Below, piece after piece: positions 52,523-61,233 of a DNA stretch of 64,000 nucleotides. The number at the start of each line of letters is the position of its first letter. Within the stretch, counting starts at the first letter, position 1. Origin of the DNA: Microcoleaceae cyanobacterium (lineage in GTDB: Bacteria > Cyanobacteriota > Cyanobacteriia > Cyanobacteriales > Microcoleaceae); contig JBOFUV010000071.1 of the NCBI GenBank assembly GCA_051652765.1, forward strand, positions 32,001 through 96,000, in the 5' to 3' direction. The translations under genes and the position numbers were made by a program. The notes beneath the pieces are model-generated. The model searched no databases. It worked only from the letters and a program-made list of their open reading frames with translations, and was not told the DNA's origin.

Positions 52523-52757
52523 AAATTGCTGGAGAATAGCAGGAGTATGATTAAGAATAGGCAGACGTTAAATTAGGTTTTCTATCTTTATCTATTGATA
52601 CAAAGTAAGCCTTACAAGTTCCGGTAATCGATTTACTTTGATCGATCGTATTTACACGGGTGTAGGGATTTAAAAAATTATCAGACAGCAGTAGTTATTT
52701 ATCTAAAAACTCTACTACAAAACCAATTTGGAGGTTCAAAAACTAGCATCCCTTTAC

Positions 52758-52860
52758 TATAGCGCTGCTCAATGGTGTAGTTACACATTAAACGATGGAT
52801 GCTTGAGTGGGACATTTTTAGATCAACTGTAATGTAACTACTCCAGAGCGCACTGCTATA
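52758..52860. mobile_element. MITE-like element with terminal inverted repeats
   Basis: TATAGC..GCTC..GTAGTTACA at left and TGTAACTAC..GAGC..GCTATA at right. Confidence 0.55.
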
Positions 52861-52890
52861 CCTACGATCGCGAGGTTTGAAACAGAATAC

Positions 52891-53580
52891 CTATCGCACC
52901 ATTCTATGCTGTCGAACATTGTTCCGCATCCACTGTCCGACCTGAGCCGAACCTAGGCGATCTTGTTCTTCTGTAATCAGAGGAGTTCTGCGTTCACCTC
53001 GTCCTATTTCAGGACGAGGTGGCTCTACTCTAACTGGATGATCGCCTCCCCAAGGAAACCCGCCCATTCCAGCGTGGGTAGCTCTAAATCGTCTTGTAAT
53101 CAGCCTGCCTGGTGACTGAATCCTAGTTCCACAGTTTCCAAAATACCAACGTGACTCAACTGCTGGATCGCGCATAGCGTGGTAAACATTTCTCACATTC
53201 CAAGGAATTAATTCAGTTTCAGTACTGATATCTCGATCCACCGCATCGAAAAGTGCCATACATTCAATACGCAATTCGCTTGCCCAAGGATGGCGCAACA
53301 AACGTTGTGCTACAGCTATACAAGTTGCACCACCACGACTATATCCAGCCAATAGAATTGTTGTATCTCGAAACCGTTCAACTTTACTTTGAATATAGTT
53401 TTCAACCTCCGCTGCAATATGTGTAACTTGTATTGTTAAACTCAACTCATCTGGTCCTCGAAAGTATTGCTTATGGGTTTCTGGACATTCGCGAATAAAT
53501 TGTTGAATAAAACTGTTAGACATATCTCTTCGGTAAACATCTGGATCGCCAGAACCACTTCCATCGACACCAATAAACAC
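52891..53580 (-). CDS. DUF2235/Tle1-like alpha/beta hydrolase (putative lipase)
   Basis: IGVDGS, SN, GYSRGGA nucleophile elbow, LFDAVD, VYHA, HAGMGG; AGGAGG RBS. Confidence 0.75.
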   Translation of the reverse strand: MFIGVDGSGSGDPDVYRRDMSNSFIQQFIRECPETHKQYFRGPDELSLTIQVTHIAAEVENYIQSKVERFRDTTILLAGYSRGGATCIAVAQRLLRHPWASELRIECMALFDAVDRDISTETELIPWNVRNVYHAMRDPAVESRWYFGNCGTRIQSPGRLITRRFRATHAGMGGFPWGGDHPVRVEPPRPEIGRGERRTPLITEEQDRLGSAQVGQWMRNNVRQHRMVR

Positions 53581-53629
53581 TTCTTTTTCCTCCTTTGCTT
53601 AAAGATGCTTTTCCAAAGAAAGTTTCATT

Positions 53630-54475
53630 CTATAATCCTCTGTCATCTATACCTCTACTGATTATTCCTCTGCTATCAAGATCCGGAGTAATGTTTGTCA
53701 TGCTGGAAGGCAAATCGGATTCAAGTCCCATTTGGAGGCTTTCTAGATATGAAGGCGGACTGGCAGAGAATCTAGCCCTCCCTCGGACTATTCTTGACGG
53801 TTGTAACATTGCCTGTACACCCTGCTGAAACCAAATAATCCTTTGTCCATGTCTCTGTCTATATCGCGATCTTCCTCTTCCTCTCCATATCTGTTGGAAA
53901 AGATTTAGTGCTTGGTTCAAGTTATAGTGAGAACTGTTTGAATCTAATGCCTCCCAAAAACTAACTATACCAGGATCGCTTGTCGAGTAAAGTTCTACTC
54001 TTGCTGGATTGAACCTGGCATCAATAATTGCCATTTGAATTAGCTCATCAAGATTAATAGCAAATGGCTTCCTTAAATATAGTTGATTGATGAATTCATT
54101 TATCCTGCTTTGTAGTAGTGTAGCAATTGCAGATGATGTTATGTAAAGTTGTGCAACTCTACTATAGAATGAAGCAAGTTGATGACTTTCTGAATAGGCG
54201 CTCTTGACTCGATACCAATCAGCAATTACATCCTGAAGCGTAGCTTGGGAAGAGGTTCTTCGGTGATAGAAAACAATTCCAGTTCTTAGTAGTTGAGAGA
54301 TCATTCCTGCGACTTGTGGTTGACTTAATCCTCCTCTAGAGTCGATGAGATATCCTACTCCAATAGTTACAAATCCATTTTCATCACAGTAAAAATGGTC
54401 AACATCTCCTTCTTTGGATCTGATAAAAGAGATAAGTTGTGCCATTCTTAGAGAATTGGTTCTTAAATCTCCCAC
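53630..54475 (-). CDS. T4-type (GH24-like) lysozyme domain protein
   Basis: EGDVDHFYCDENGFVTIGVG gives the exact E-x8-D-x5-T catalytic spacing of T4 lysozyme; AGGAGA RBS. Confidence 0.75.
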   Translation of the reverse strand: MGDLRTNSLRMAQLISFIRSKEGDVDHFYCDENGFVTIGVGYLIDSRGGLSQPQVAGMISQLLRTGIVFYHRRTSSQATLQDVIADWYRVKSAYSESHQLASFYSRVAQLYITSSAIATLLQSRINEFINQLYLRKPFAINLDELIQMAIIDARFNPARVELYSTSDPGIVSFWEALDSNSSHYNLNQALNLFQQIWRGRGRSRYRQRHGQRIIWFQQGVQAMLQPSRIVRGRARFSASPPSYLESLQMGLESDLPSSMTNITPDLDSRGIISRGIDDRGL

Positions 54476-54496
54476 AACTATAAGTCTCCTTGATAC

Positions 54497-57400
54497 CTAG
54501 GTGTCTGATGGAAAGATAGCAGCAGAATTATTTCCTTGAAATACAACCTTTTTGTCAATCTCAGGATCTTCTCGTTCCCCTTCTAGCAATCGGGCAGCTA
54601 AACGTACATTTTCTAGTTCAGCATTGCGGACTTCTGCCTGAACTTTCTTCACATCCAAAGCACGATGAACCAGTTTGAAATCTTCCAGAATAGGATGTTT
54701 ACCTGGCAAAGCTTCTATATAAGCTGAGCCTGTCGGCACAACCACCAGTTCGCTTTCTTTTCTGGGAGTTGTCATGCGTTTTTTGACAAGATTCAACAGA
54801 TATTCTCGGTGTTCTGCAAAGACTTCAGGAGCATCTTTTTGTAGGCAACAGGCATACTCTAAAAGCTCCTCAGTGGTGTAGTTGCTAAATTCATCCGGAT
54901 CGCGCAAACCACCTGTATGTGGATCGATATAATCCTGCATCATGTAGGTGTGCAGATAGCTTGCCTGACGCACTGGAAAAATCATGTAATTTCCCTTGTA
55001 ACCCAGCAAATTATCCAGATCAGCTACTTGTGAGAGTTTTTTGGTGGTTTGCCTGAAGGAAGTAATCGGGATAGAAAGATCAACTTCATAAAGGGGGTTA
55101 TCTAGGGGGGCAAATCGCAAACTATCGCGATCGCCTACTCGCCTGCCAGTTGCTCGCACCCTAGCTGTAGTTTCCTGCAATTCAATCCAGGGAACTTCAA
55201 TGTTATAGAGTCGGAAAAAGCGTTGATCCGGTGGCTCATAATCCCAAATCGCTTGCATGTAGTAGAAAAGATTTGCCTTAACATGAATTCGCAGACGAGC
55301 AATGGCAGTTTGGCGATCGAAATGCTCTTGTAATGCTCTCGTATATTTGTCAATAGCTTCTTGCAAAGCAGTTACCTCACGGGAAAGCTTGACACTTACT
55401 TCTTGGTTAGCCTTGTCTGCTCGCTCAAGTGCTAACTTGGCAATTTCTTCTCGTTTTTCAGCAGCTTCATCATCTCCTCCGCCACCTGCAAGCGAAAATG
55501 GTCCAAAAACCATTGCCATACCAATGTCTTTTAATTTTGCTGCGTCATCAGGTGTACTGATCGTCACATCCATCAATTGCTGAAGTTCCTTAAAGGCTTC
55601 GTTAGCAAGATAGTTTTTGGTCTGTACTTGTTTCGTCAGTTCTTCAACCAAATTTACCTGACGCTTGACGTTATCATGCAAAGTCTGTAATGCCAGTTCA
55701 TCCCCAGCAATACTGGTTGTTACATAGGATAGGGCTGGCAAAAAGGAATCATCCAGAATCACTCGGCGTAGAATCCAATCATGGGCAATCAACCAATCCT
55801 CATCAATTTCATCATCAATTTCATCTGAATAGGGTACATGATTTGCTACGAGAATGACTGGATTCAGACGATGAATTTTTTCACTGATTTCGTACTGACG
55901 CTGTAACTCATAAAAAAGATACGTCACTGTAATTTCATCGTTCGGGTTCATAATCTCGCCCGAATTTGTAATCTCGATCTCCTCAGTAACAGAAGTGTCA
56001 ATCTCTAAGCGACGTTGCTGCTTATACTCTTCAGAAGATTTTAAGACAGCTTCTCGAAAATTCTTTTTAGTACTTGAAGATGTTTTTTCAGATTCAACGC
56101 CAAATCGCGTGCCAAATTCTCCTGTAAACACACCAACGGTGACTGTTCCACTCGCATTCGCTTCAAAGGAAGTTTTTTCCCTTGCTTGCTTGGCGATTTC
56201 ACTATCTGCTCGTGAAGTTGAAGAAGATTCTGCACTGCGGGTGCTTTGAGCATCTTCAATTTCTTTTTGAGAGCGGCTCTTCTTAATGACTTGTTTAGTC
56301 GTGTATTTTCGGATTTCTTTGGGAGCAAGGGGAATTGTAGATACCAACTCGCCAACTTGATAGTTGCCAGGAACCCATTTCTGACGATAGGTGGTCATCA
56401 AACCATAGTTCACTGAATTCGGTGCAAAAATGTCAAACTGATACGCTTCAGCAAGACGCTGATCCAGTTCGTACATTAACTGCTTTAGTCGAGTGTTTGT
56501 TGAAGGACGACGACTGCGTGGGGCTGGTGGAGGTTGAGTGCTGCGACGTGGACGAGCTTGCGCTGCTCTAAAGATACTTAACGCCTCTGCTTTAAGCCCT
56601 TGATAGATTTGCTGGTAATCATTTTTATGACTTACCCAACTTGGATTCCATTCATTTCGAGCTTCTTGTGGCCAGTTTGGCAAATCGTCATCAAATTCCT
56701 GCTTTTTGACTTTGTATATGTTAACTAACCTAGTCAATTCAGTTTTCTCGGAATCCTTCATATTTGACCAATCTTCATCAAGAATCTGCCCATCGAGCAA
56801 CTGCATAACTGGCAGTGGAACCGATTCAGTCACTTCTGGTGGAGCAAGGTTGACGCTTTCTATGGTTTCCTGTAAAGCCACAAAATCTTCGTACAAACTA
56901 CGCATATCTCGGACATTCCGAACTGGGGGCAATTCGTCTATACCCGATACACGATTCTTGTATCTCACCATTTCTGAGTAGATACTGCGGAAGAAAGTCG
57001 GCATTGATTTATCAAACGCCTCTGTCCAAACATGCTCAAAGGCAATTTGCAGCTCATGAAAATCGTGATAAGCCGTGACATCAGCAGGACCTTTCGGAAT
57101 TCTGGCAACAATTTCACCATCTAATTCGACACCATACTTCAGTTCTTGTTCTGGTGGGGTTGTATGCTTCATCTGACGGGTAATTTGTTCTCGCAGAAGG
57201 CTGCTTGTTGTCAATTCAGGTGTTTCAGGCGTTTCTGTCTCAGGCTCAGGTTCCTCACTTTCACCATTGGAATCTGCTCTGCATTTTGCTAAAGCTGCTT
57301 CAAATAAACGTTCTGCTTCTTTCGCTTTGAGACAATTCTCAATTACGGGTCTGTTATACTCTAGAGTCCCACCCCCTGTAATATCTCGAATATATTCAAC

Positions 57401-58258
57401 AACTTCTGCAAGAGAAACCTCACCACTAACACTTCCATTGTTCGCAATAAGTCCCCACGCCTCAAGTTGCTCTTGAGTAAGATGAAGCACTAGCTTCCGT
57501 TTAGCTCCGAGGTCAAAACTTGGTAAGTCGATCAAGCCATTGTCAAATAGGTTGATTAATTTATCAAAAATCTTTTCTCCAGGGTTGAGATATGTAGCAC
57601 TGGCTCTAACCTCTGGAGATACTTTGGAGAGGGTAAAGTTTTGAAATGCCTCGTCTGCTTTCTTTTTGGCAGCAATTGCAGGCTTTAGCCGCTCTTGTAA
57701 CTGTTTTCTTAGAGTAGCCTGAACGCCTTGTTCAAATTTGAAGGAAGCGTCCAGATTAGCGGTTACAGATTCAACTGTCGTAGTCGTTGCTTCAGTTGGT
57801 AGATTACGATAGGAAATTTGAAAGCGATTCAGCAACTCTTGAGGAATACGAATGATGTATTCCTCATTCTTCCCAGAGTTGACAACGGGATCATAAGAGT
57901 AGTGAAGAATGCGCTCTGCAGAAGGTTCGGGGATGTTAAACGGCTTTTTGGGTTGTGTATCTTCTGGAGCCATCACAAGCAGCACCAAATCTGGGCGTTT
58001 GATTAACTCTCTCTGCTCAAAATCACTGTCCTCAAACGCCAGTTCAAATCTTCCGTTTACATCCGTCAGTACTGAGCCAAGACGTTCTCCTGGAAAAGTT
58101 TGCCAATAAAACGGTAATGCCTGGTCGGGCACACTGAAAATTTCTGGTGGTGGTTCCTGTGAACCCTTATGGTTATCCTGATCGTAAAGAACGATTAACA
58201 AGTCAGGAATTCCTAATCCAGTTTCCTTAACCAAAACCTTGCCACTGACTTTATACAT
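54497..58258 (-). CDS. Large uncharacterised protein (N-terminal transthyretin/carboxypeptidase-regulatory-like beta domain, Ser/Thr-rich core, long coiled coil)
   Basis: 1253-aa uninterrupted ORF with GGAGA RBS; VSGKV...LYDQD...LGSVLTDVNGRF...RPDL N-domain; no signal peptide. Confidence 0.85.
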   Translation of the reverse strand: MYKVSGKVLVKETGLGIPDLLIVLYDQDNHKGSQEPPPEIFSVPDQALPFYWQTFPGERLGSVLTDVNGRFELAFEDSDFEQRELIKRPDLVLLVMAPEDTQPKKPFNIPEPSAERILHYSYDPVVNSGKNEEYIIRIPQELLNRFQISYRNLPTEATTTTVESVTANLDASFKFEQGVQATLRKQLQERLKPAIAAKKKADEAFQNFTLSKVSPEVRASATYLNPGEKIFDKLINLFDNGLIDLPSFDLGAKRKLVLHLTQEQLEAWGLIANNGSVSGEVSLAEVVEYIRDITGGGTLEYNRPVIENCLKAKEAERLFEAALAKCRADSNGESEEPEPETETPETPELTTSSLLREQITRQMKHTTPPEQELKYGVELDGEIVARIPKGPADVTAYHDFHELQIAFEHVWTEAFDKSMPTFFRSIYSEMVRYKNRVSGIDELPPVRNVRDMRSLYEDFVALQETIESVNLAPPEVTESVPLPVMQLLDGQILDEDWSNMKDSEKTELTRLVNIYKVKKQEFDDDLPNWPQEARNEWNPSWVSHKNDYQQIYQGLKAEALSIFRAAQARPRRSTQPPPAPRSRRPSTNTRLKQLMYELDQRLAEAYQFDIFAPNSVNYGLMTTYRQKWVPGNYQVGELVSTIPLAPKEIRKYTTKQVIKKSRSQKEIEDAQSTRSAESSSTSRADSEIAKQAREKTSFEANASGTVTVGVFTGEFGTRFGVESEKTSSSTKKNFREAVLKSSEEYKQQRRLEIDTSVTEEIEITNSGEIMNPNDEITVTYLFYELQRQYEISEKIHRLNPVILVANHVPYSDEIDDEIDEDWLIAHDWILRRVILDDSFLPALSYVTTSIAGDELALQTLHDNVKRQVNLVEELTKQVQTKNYLANEAFKELQQLMDVTISTPDDAAKLKDIGMAMVFGPFSLAGGGGDDEAAEKREEIAKLALERADKANQEVSVKLSREVTALQEAIDKYTRALQEHFDRQTAIARLRIHVKANLFYYMQAIWDYEPPDQRFFRLYNIEVPWIELQETTARVRATGRRVGDRDSLRFAPLDNPLYEVDLSIPITSFRQTTKKLSQVADLDNLLGYKGNYMIFPVRQASYLHTYMMQDYIDPHTGGLRDPDEFSNYTTEELLEYACCLQKDAPEVFAEHREYLLNLVKKRMTTPRKESELVVVPTGSAYIEALPGKHPILEDFKLVHRALDVKKVQAEVRNAELENVRLAARLLEGEREDPEIDKKVVFQGNNSAAIFPSDT

Positions 58259-58437
58259 GGTAGTTCTCCGGGGGCGTATACATTAAGAACAAGTTCTAAA
58301 AAGCAGACAGCGAAGAAATTTAACTCACTCAATCGACTTTCAGCATAAATGACATATTTTTTTACTAGAAGTACCCATGAGGATACCTCTAATGTCCAAA
58401 GTTTTCAGTGGTAGAGCAAACAGAATGCCATCACAGC

Positions 58438-58444
58438 ATCTAAC
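58438..58444 (-). other. attI-like recombination core GTTAGAT (GTTRRRY)
   Basis: Lies between the integrase stub and the divergent cargo genes, oriented toward the cargo. Confidence 0.4.
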
Positions 58445-58518
58445 TATTTATTATATTGAAACTTTCTAACATCGACTTATTCAAAGGATTACCTCGAAAT
58501 TTTCTGTATAAACCCCAA

Positions 58519-58620
58519 ATGGAACAACGCCCAAAAAAGCTGCTAGATCAGGTGCTCGACGTGATTCAACTCAAGCACTTAAGCCATCGCACCGAAAAAA
58601 GCTATCTTTATTCCATTTGA
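58519..58620 (+). pseudogene. Truncated integron-integrase-like tyrosine recombinase (N-terminal SAM-like fragment, 33 aa)
   Basis: MEQRPKKLLDQVLDVIQLKHLSHRTEKSYLYSI* resembles the IntI N-terminus (LLDQVR..IR..HYS.RTE..Y..WI). Confidence 0.75.
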
Positions 58621-58671
58621 GATTAGAAAGCATTTAGAGTCGATCTAACACTGGAGCGATCTGAAAAATTG

Positions 58672-58784
58672 GGCGTTGCTTAATGACAGTATGAGCGCCC
58701 CCTTAATCCCCCAACCTTAGAGGATTAAGGGGGCAACATAGCATTATAGGGTTCGACAGATTCATGCTTCAGTTCAGCAACGCC
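58672..58784. mobile_element. MITE/REP-like element with GGCGTTGCT...AGCAACGCC terminal inverted repeats
   Basis: TIRs plus internal palindrome GCCCCCTTAATCC...GGATTAAGGGGGC. Confidence 0.7.
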
Positions 58785-58817
58785 ATAAATCCGTGTTGGG
58801 CTACATTTGAATTCAGA

Positions 58818-58980
58818 TTGATCGTTCATCAAACCCCCATTGATCTCAAACTCAGATCAAGTTGATTGCAGAGCGTTTGCCCGTTGATCTTACACTCAGA
58901 TCAAGTTGATCATGCTTTGCACCCGCGTTGATCTCACTCCGAACCCGCATTGATCTTGCTTTATACCCGTGTTGATCTTG
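58818..58980. repeat. Degenerate array with exact 22-bp period (core TTGATC) x8
   Basis: TTGATY at 58818, 58840, 58862, 58884, 58906, 58928, 58950, 58972. Confidence 0.9.
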
Positions 58981-58981
58981 G

Positions 58982-59168
58982 GGCGTTGCTGAACTGTGGA
59001 ATGAATCTGTCAAACCACAAAATCTGGCATTGCCTCCTAAATCCCCCGTTCGGCTGAGCGTTCGACTGAGCTCACGCCGAAGTCTCACGACGAAGCCAAG
59101 CTTGGGGGACTTTGAGAAATCTGGCTCCCCCAGAATTGGGAGTGGGGGGCAAATTCATCCTCAACGCC
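58982..59168. mobile_element. Second GGCGTTG...CAACGCC MITE-like element with nested small repeats
   Basis: Same TIR family as 58672-58784; internal GTTCGGCTGAGC[GTTCGACTGAGCTCACGCCGAAGT]CTCACGACGAAGC nested unit. Confidence 0.65.
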
Positions 59169-59189
59169 GAAAATTGAATTTTGCATTGA

Positions 59190-59333
59190 ATTTTGTCAGG
59201 ACTGGGGGTAAACCGAGCGTAGAATCTTACAATGAATTTTAGTTATGAATTCCAGTGAAGCGACTTGAGGTGTCATTGAACAGTATTCATTCCAGCCCGA
59301 CCTTAGTTCATCTGCTGCGCGATCGCGCCCAAA
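59190..59333 (+). repeat. Right copy of 144-bp direct repeat
   Basis: Matches 52012-52155 with one mismatch; HIP1 at 59319-59326. Confidence 0.95.
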
Positions 59334-61108
59334 CCTTGCCAGATCAGCAGGCTTATACCTTCCTTCCAGATGGCGAGACAGAATCTGGGAATTTAACCTA
59401 TGGCCAGCTTGACCAACAGGCCAGACAACTTGCTGCCTATCTCCAGTCTCTCCATGCTTTCGGTGTCCGCGCCTTAGTCGTTTATCCCTACACCGCCGGG
59501 TTAGAATTCATCGCCACTTTTTTTGGCTGTCTCTACGCCGGAGTGATTGCCGTAACCTGCAACCCCCCCCACTCTAGCCAGGAAATCGACAAAATTCTAG
59601 ATCGACTTGCATCTTCCCAAGCCACCGTTGCCCTCACCAATCAGGCCCTACTGACCCAACTCCAGGGATTGATGGCCAAGCGTCCTGAATTAGCCAACTC
59701 TTTTAGTCGCGTTTCCTGGATTGCGACCGATACCCTGTTATCACCTTCGGCAGAAAGTGGGTCTGAACATTGGGCTGAAAACTGGGCTGAACCGAACGTA
59801 ACCCCAGATACTCTGGCCTTTCTACAGTACACCTCCGGTTCCACAGGCACTCCCAAGGGGGTAAAGGTCACCCATAAAAACGTGTTACACAACTCTGCCT
59901 TGATTTACCAGTGTTTTGGCCACAGTGCCCATAGTCAAGGGGTAATGTGGCTGCCTTTGTTTCACGACATGGGATTAATTGGCGGGGTGATTCAACCCTT
60001 GTATGGCGGATTTCCCGTCACCTTAATGTCTCCTGTGGCCTTGATTCAAAAACCCTTCCGCTGGTTGCAAGCGGTTTCCAAGTACCGGGCCACTACTAGC
60101 GGTGGCCCCAACTTTGCCTATGATTTGGCCTGTCGGCAGGTGACTCTAGAACAATTGCACACCCTGGACTTGAAGACTTGGGATTTGGCCTTCTCTGGGG
60201 CTGAACCTGTACGGGCCGAAACCTTGGAACGATTTACCCAAACCTTTGCCCCCTGCGGATTTCGGTCTGAAGCGTTCTATCCCTGCTATGGTATGGCAGA
60301 AGCAACCCTGTTCATATCCGGGGGAATCAAAGCAGAACAACCCGTGGTGCAGGTTGTTGATGGTGGGATGTTGGAACAGAATCAGGGGGTTGAAGTTGCC
60401 CCAGATCATCCGCAGGCGCGGCAGTTAGTTGGATGTGGCCAAGGATGGTTGGGCGATGAGATGGTCATCGTCAACCCAGACGTTAACCTAGGGGGGTTCA
60501 TCCCCTGTGCCGAAAATCAAGTGGGAGAAATCTGGTTTAGGGGTTCCGGTGTGGGTCAGGGCTATTGGAACCAACCGGAAGAAACGGAACAGATGTTTCA
60601 AGCTTATCTGGGCGAGCGGGGGCCGTTCCTACGAACGGGGGATTTGGGATTCCTGCGAAATGGAGAACTCTTCATCACGGGCCGCATCAAGGACATGATG
60701 ATTCTTTGGGGTCGCAATCGCTATCCTCAGGACATTGAAAAAACTGTGGAACACTGTCATCCTGCCTTGCGTTCGGGCTGTGGCGCGGCTTTCTCAATTG
60801 AAGCCGAGGGAGAGGAACGGTTGGTGATTGCCTATGAGGTAGAACGGCAAATGCTGAAACGGTTGAACGTTCCTGAATGTGTTGCGGAGGTTGTAGCCAC
60901 AATTCGCCAAGCTGTTGCCGAACAACATACAGTAGATGTTTATGCGATCGCCCTGTTAAAAACGGGCACGATTCCCAAAACCTCCAGTGGCAAAATTCAA
61001 CGCCGTGCCTGTCGCGCTCAGTTCTTGCAGCAGGCGTTAAACCTTGTGGCTCAATGGCAACTTTCAGAGGAATCTAGTAGTCTAGTGGAGTTGGCCAATC
61101 AGGTTTAA
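59255..61108 (+). CDS. Fatty acyl-AMP ligase (FAAL), stand-alone
   Basis: AFLQYTSGSTGTPKGV, WLPLFHDMGLIG, PCYGMAEATLF, FLRTGDLGF, IPKTSSGKIQRR. Confidence 0.92.
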   Translation: MKRLEVSLNSIHSSPTLVHLLRDRAQTLPDQQAYTFLPDGETESGNLTYGQLDQQARQLAAYLQSLHAFGVRALVVYPYTAGLEFIATFFGCLYAGVIAVTCNPPHSSQEIDKILDRLASSQATVALTNQALLTQLQGLMAKRPELANSFSRVSWIATDTLLSPSAESGSEHWAENWAEPNVTPDTLAFLQYTSGSTGTPKGVKVTHKNVLHNSALIYQCFGHSAHSQGVMWLPLFHDMGLIGGVIQPLYGGFPVTLMSPVALIQKPFRWLQAVSKYRATTSGGPNFAYDLACRQVTLEQLHTLDLKTWDLAFSGAEPVRAETLERFTQTFAPCGFRSEAFYPCYGMAEATLFISGGIKAEQPVVQVVDGGMLEQNQGVEVAPDHPQARQLVGCGQGWLGDEMVIVNPDVNLGGFIPCAENQVGEIWFRGSGVGQGYWNQPEETEQMFQAYLGERGPFLRTGDLGFLRNGELFITGRIKDMMILWGRNRYPQDIEKTVEHCHPALRSGCGAAFSIEAEGEERLVIAYEVERQMLKRLNVPECVAEVVATIRQAVAEQHTVDVYAIALLKTGTIPKTSSGKIQRRACRAQFLQQALNLVAQWQLSEESSSLVELANQV

Positions 61109-61233
61109 AGTCGGGTTTTGGATCGAAAGGCCATGCTATTATACTCGCTGACTTTGAGAGGAATTTCAGGAGTTTTGTCAGTGAATTGGACAGTTAATTG
61201 GGCAGAATCAAAGGTTAATAATGAAAGGTTAAT

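Larger units (their letters stand above)
52012..59333. mobile_element. ~7.2-kb insert (genomic islet) bounded by direct repeats
   Basis: 144-bp flanking direct repeat, accessory cargo, integrase stub, MITE-like elements. Confidence 0.7.

Noticed and set aside
52891..58258. Canonical T6SS, eCIS, Tc or Rhs locus
   Set aside because: No VgrG/PAAR/Hcp/sheath genes, YD repeats or recognisable Tc subunits
58504..58518. E. coli-type LexA box before the integrase stub (CTGTATAAACCCCAA)
   Set aside because: Right half CAG is missing, and cyanobacterial LexA uses a different motif
58818..58980. CRISPR array
   Set aside because: Period is only 22 bp with a 6-bp conserved core; no 25-40-bp repeats with unique spacers and no cas genes
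52156..59189. Claim that the insert is HIP1-free foreign DNA
   Set aside because: At least one HIP1 (55127-55134) lies inside; depletion cannot be asserted without counting against background
58852..59242. ORFs 58852-59088 (-) and 59030-59242 (+)
   Set aside because: They run across repeat and MITE DNA with non-triplet periodicity; likely spurious
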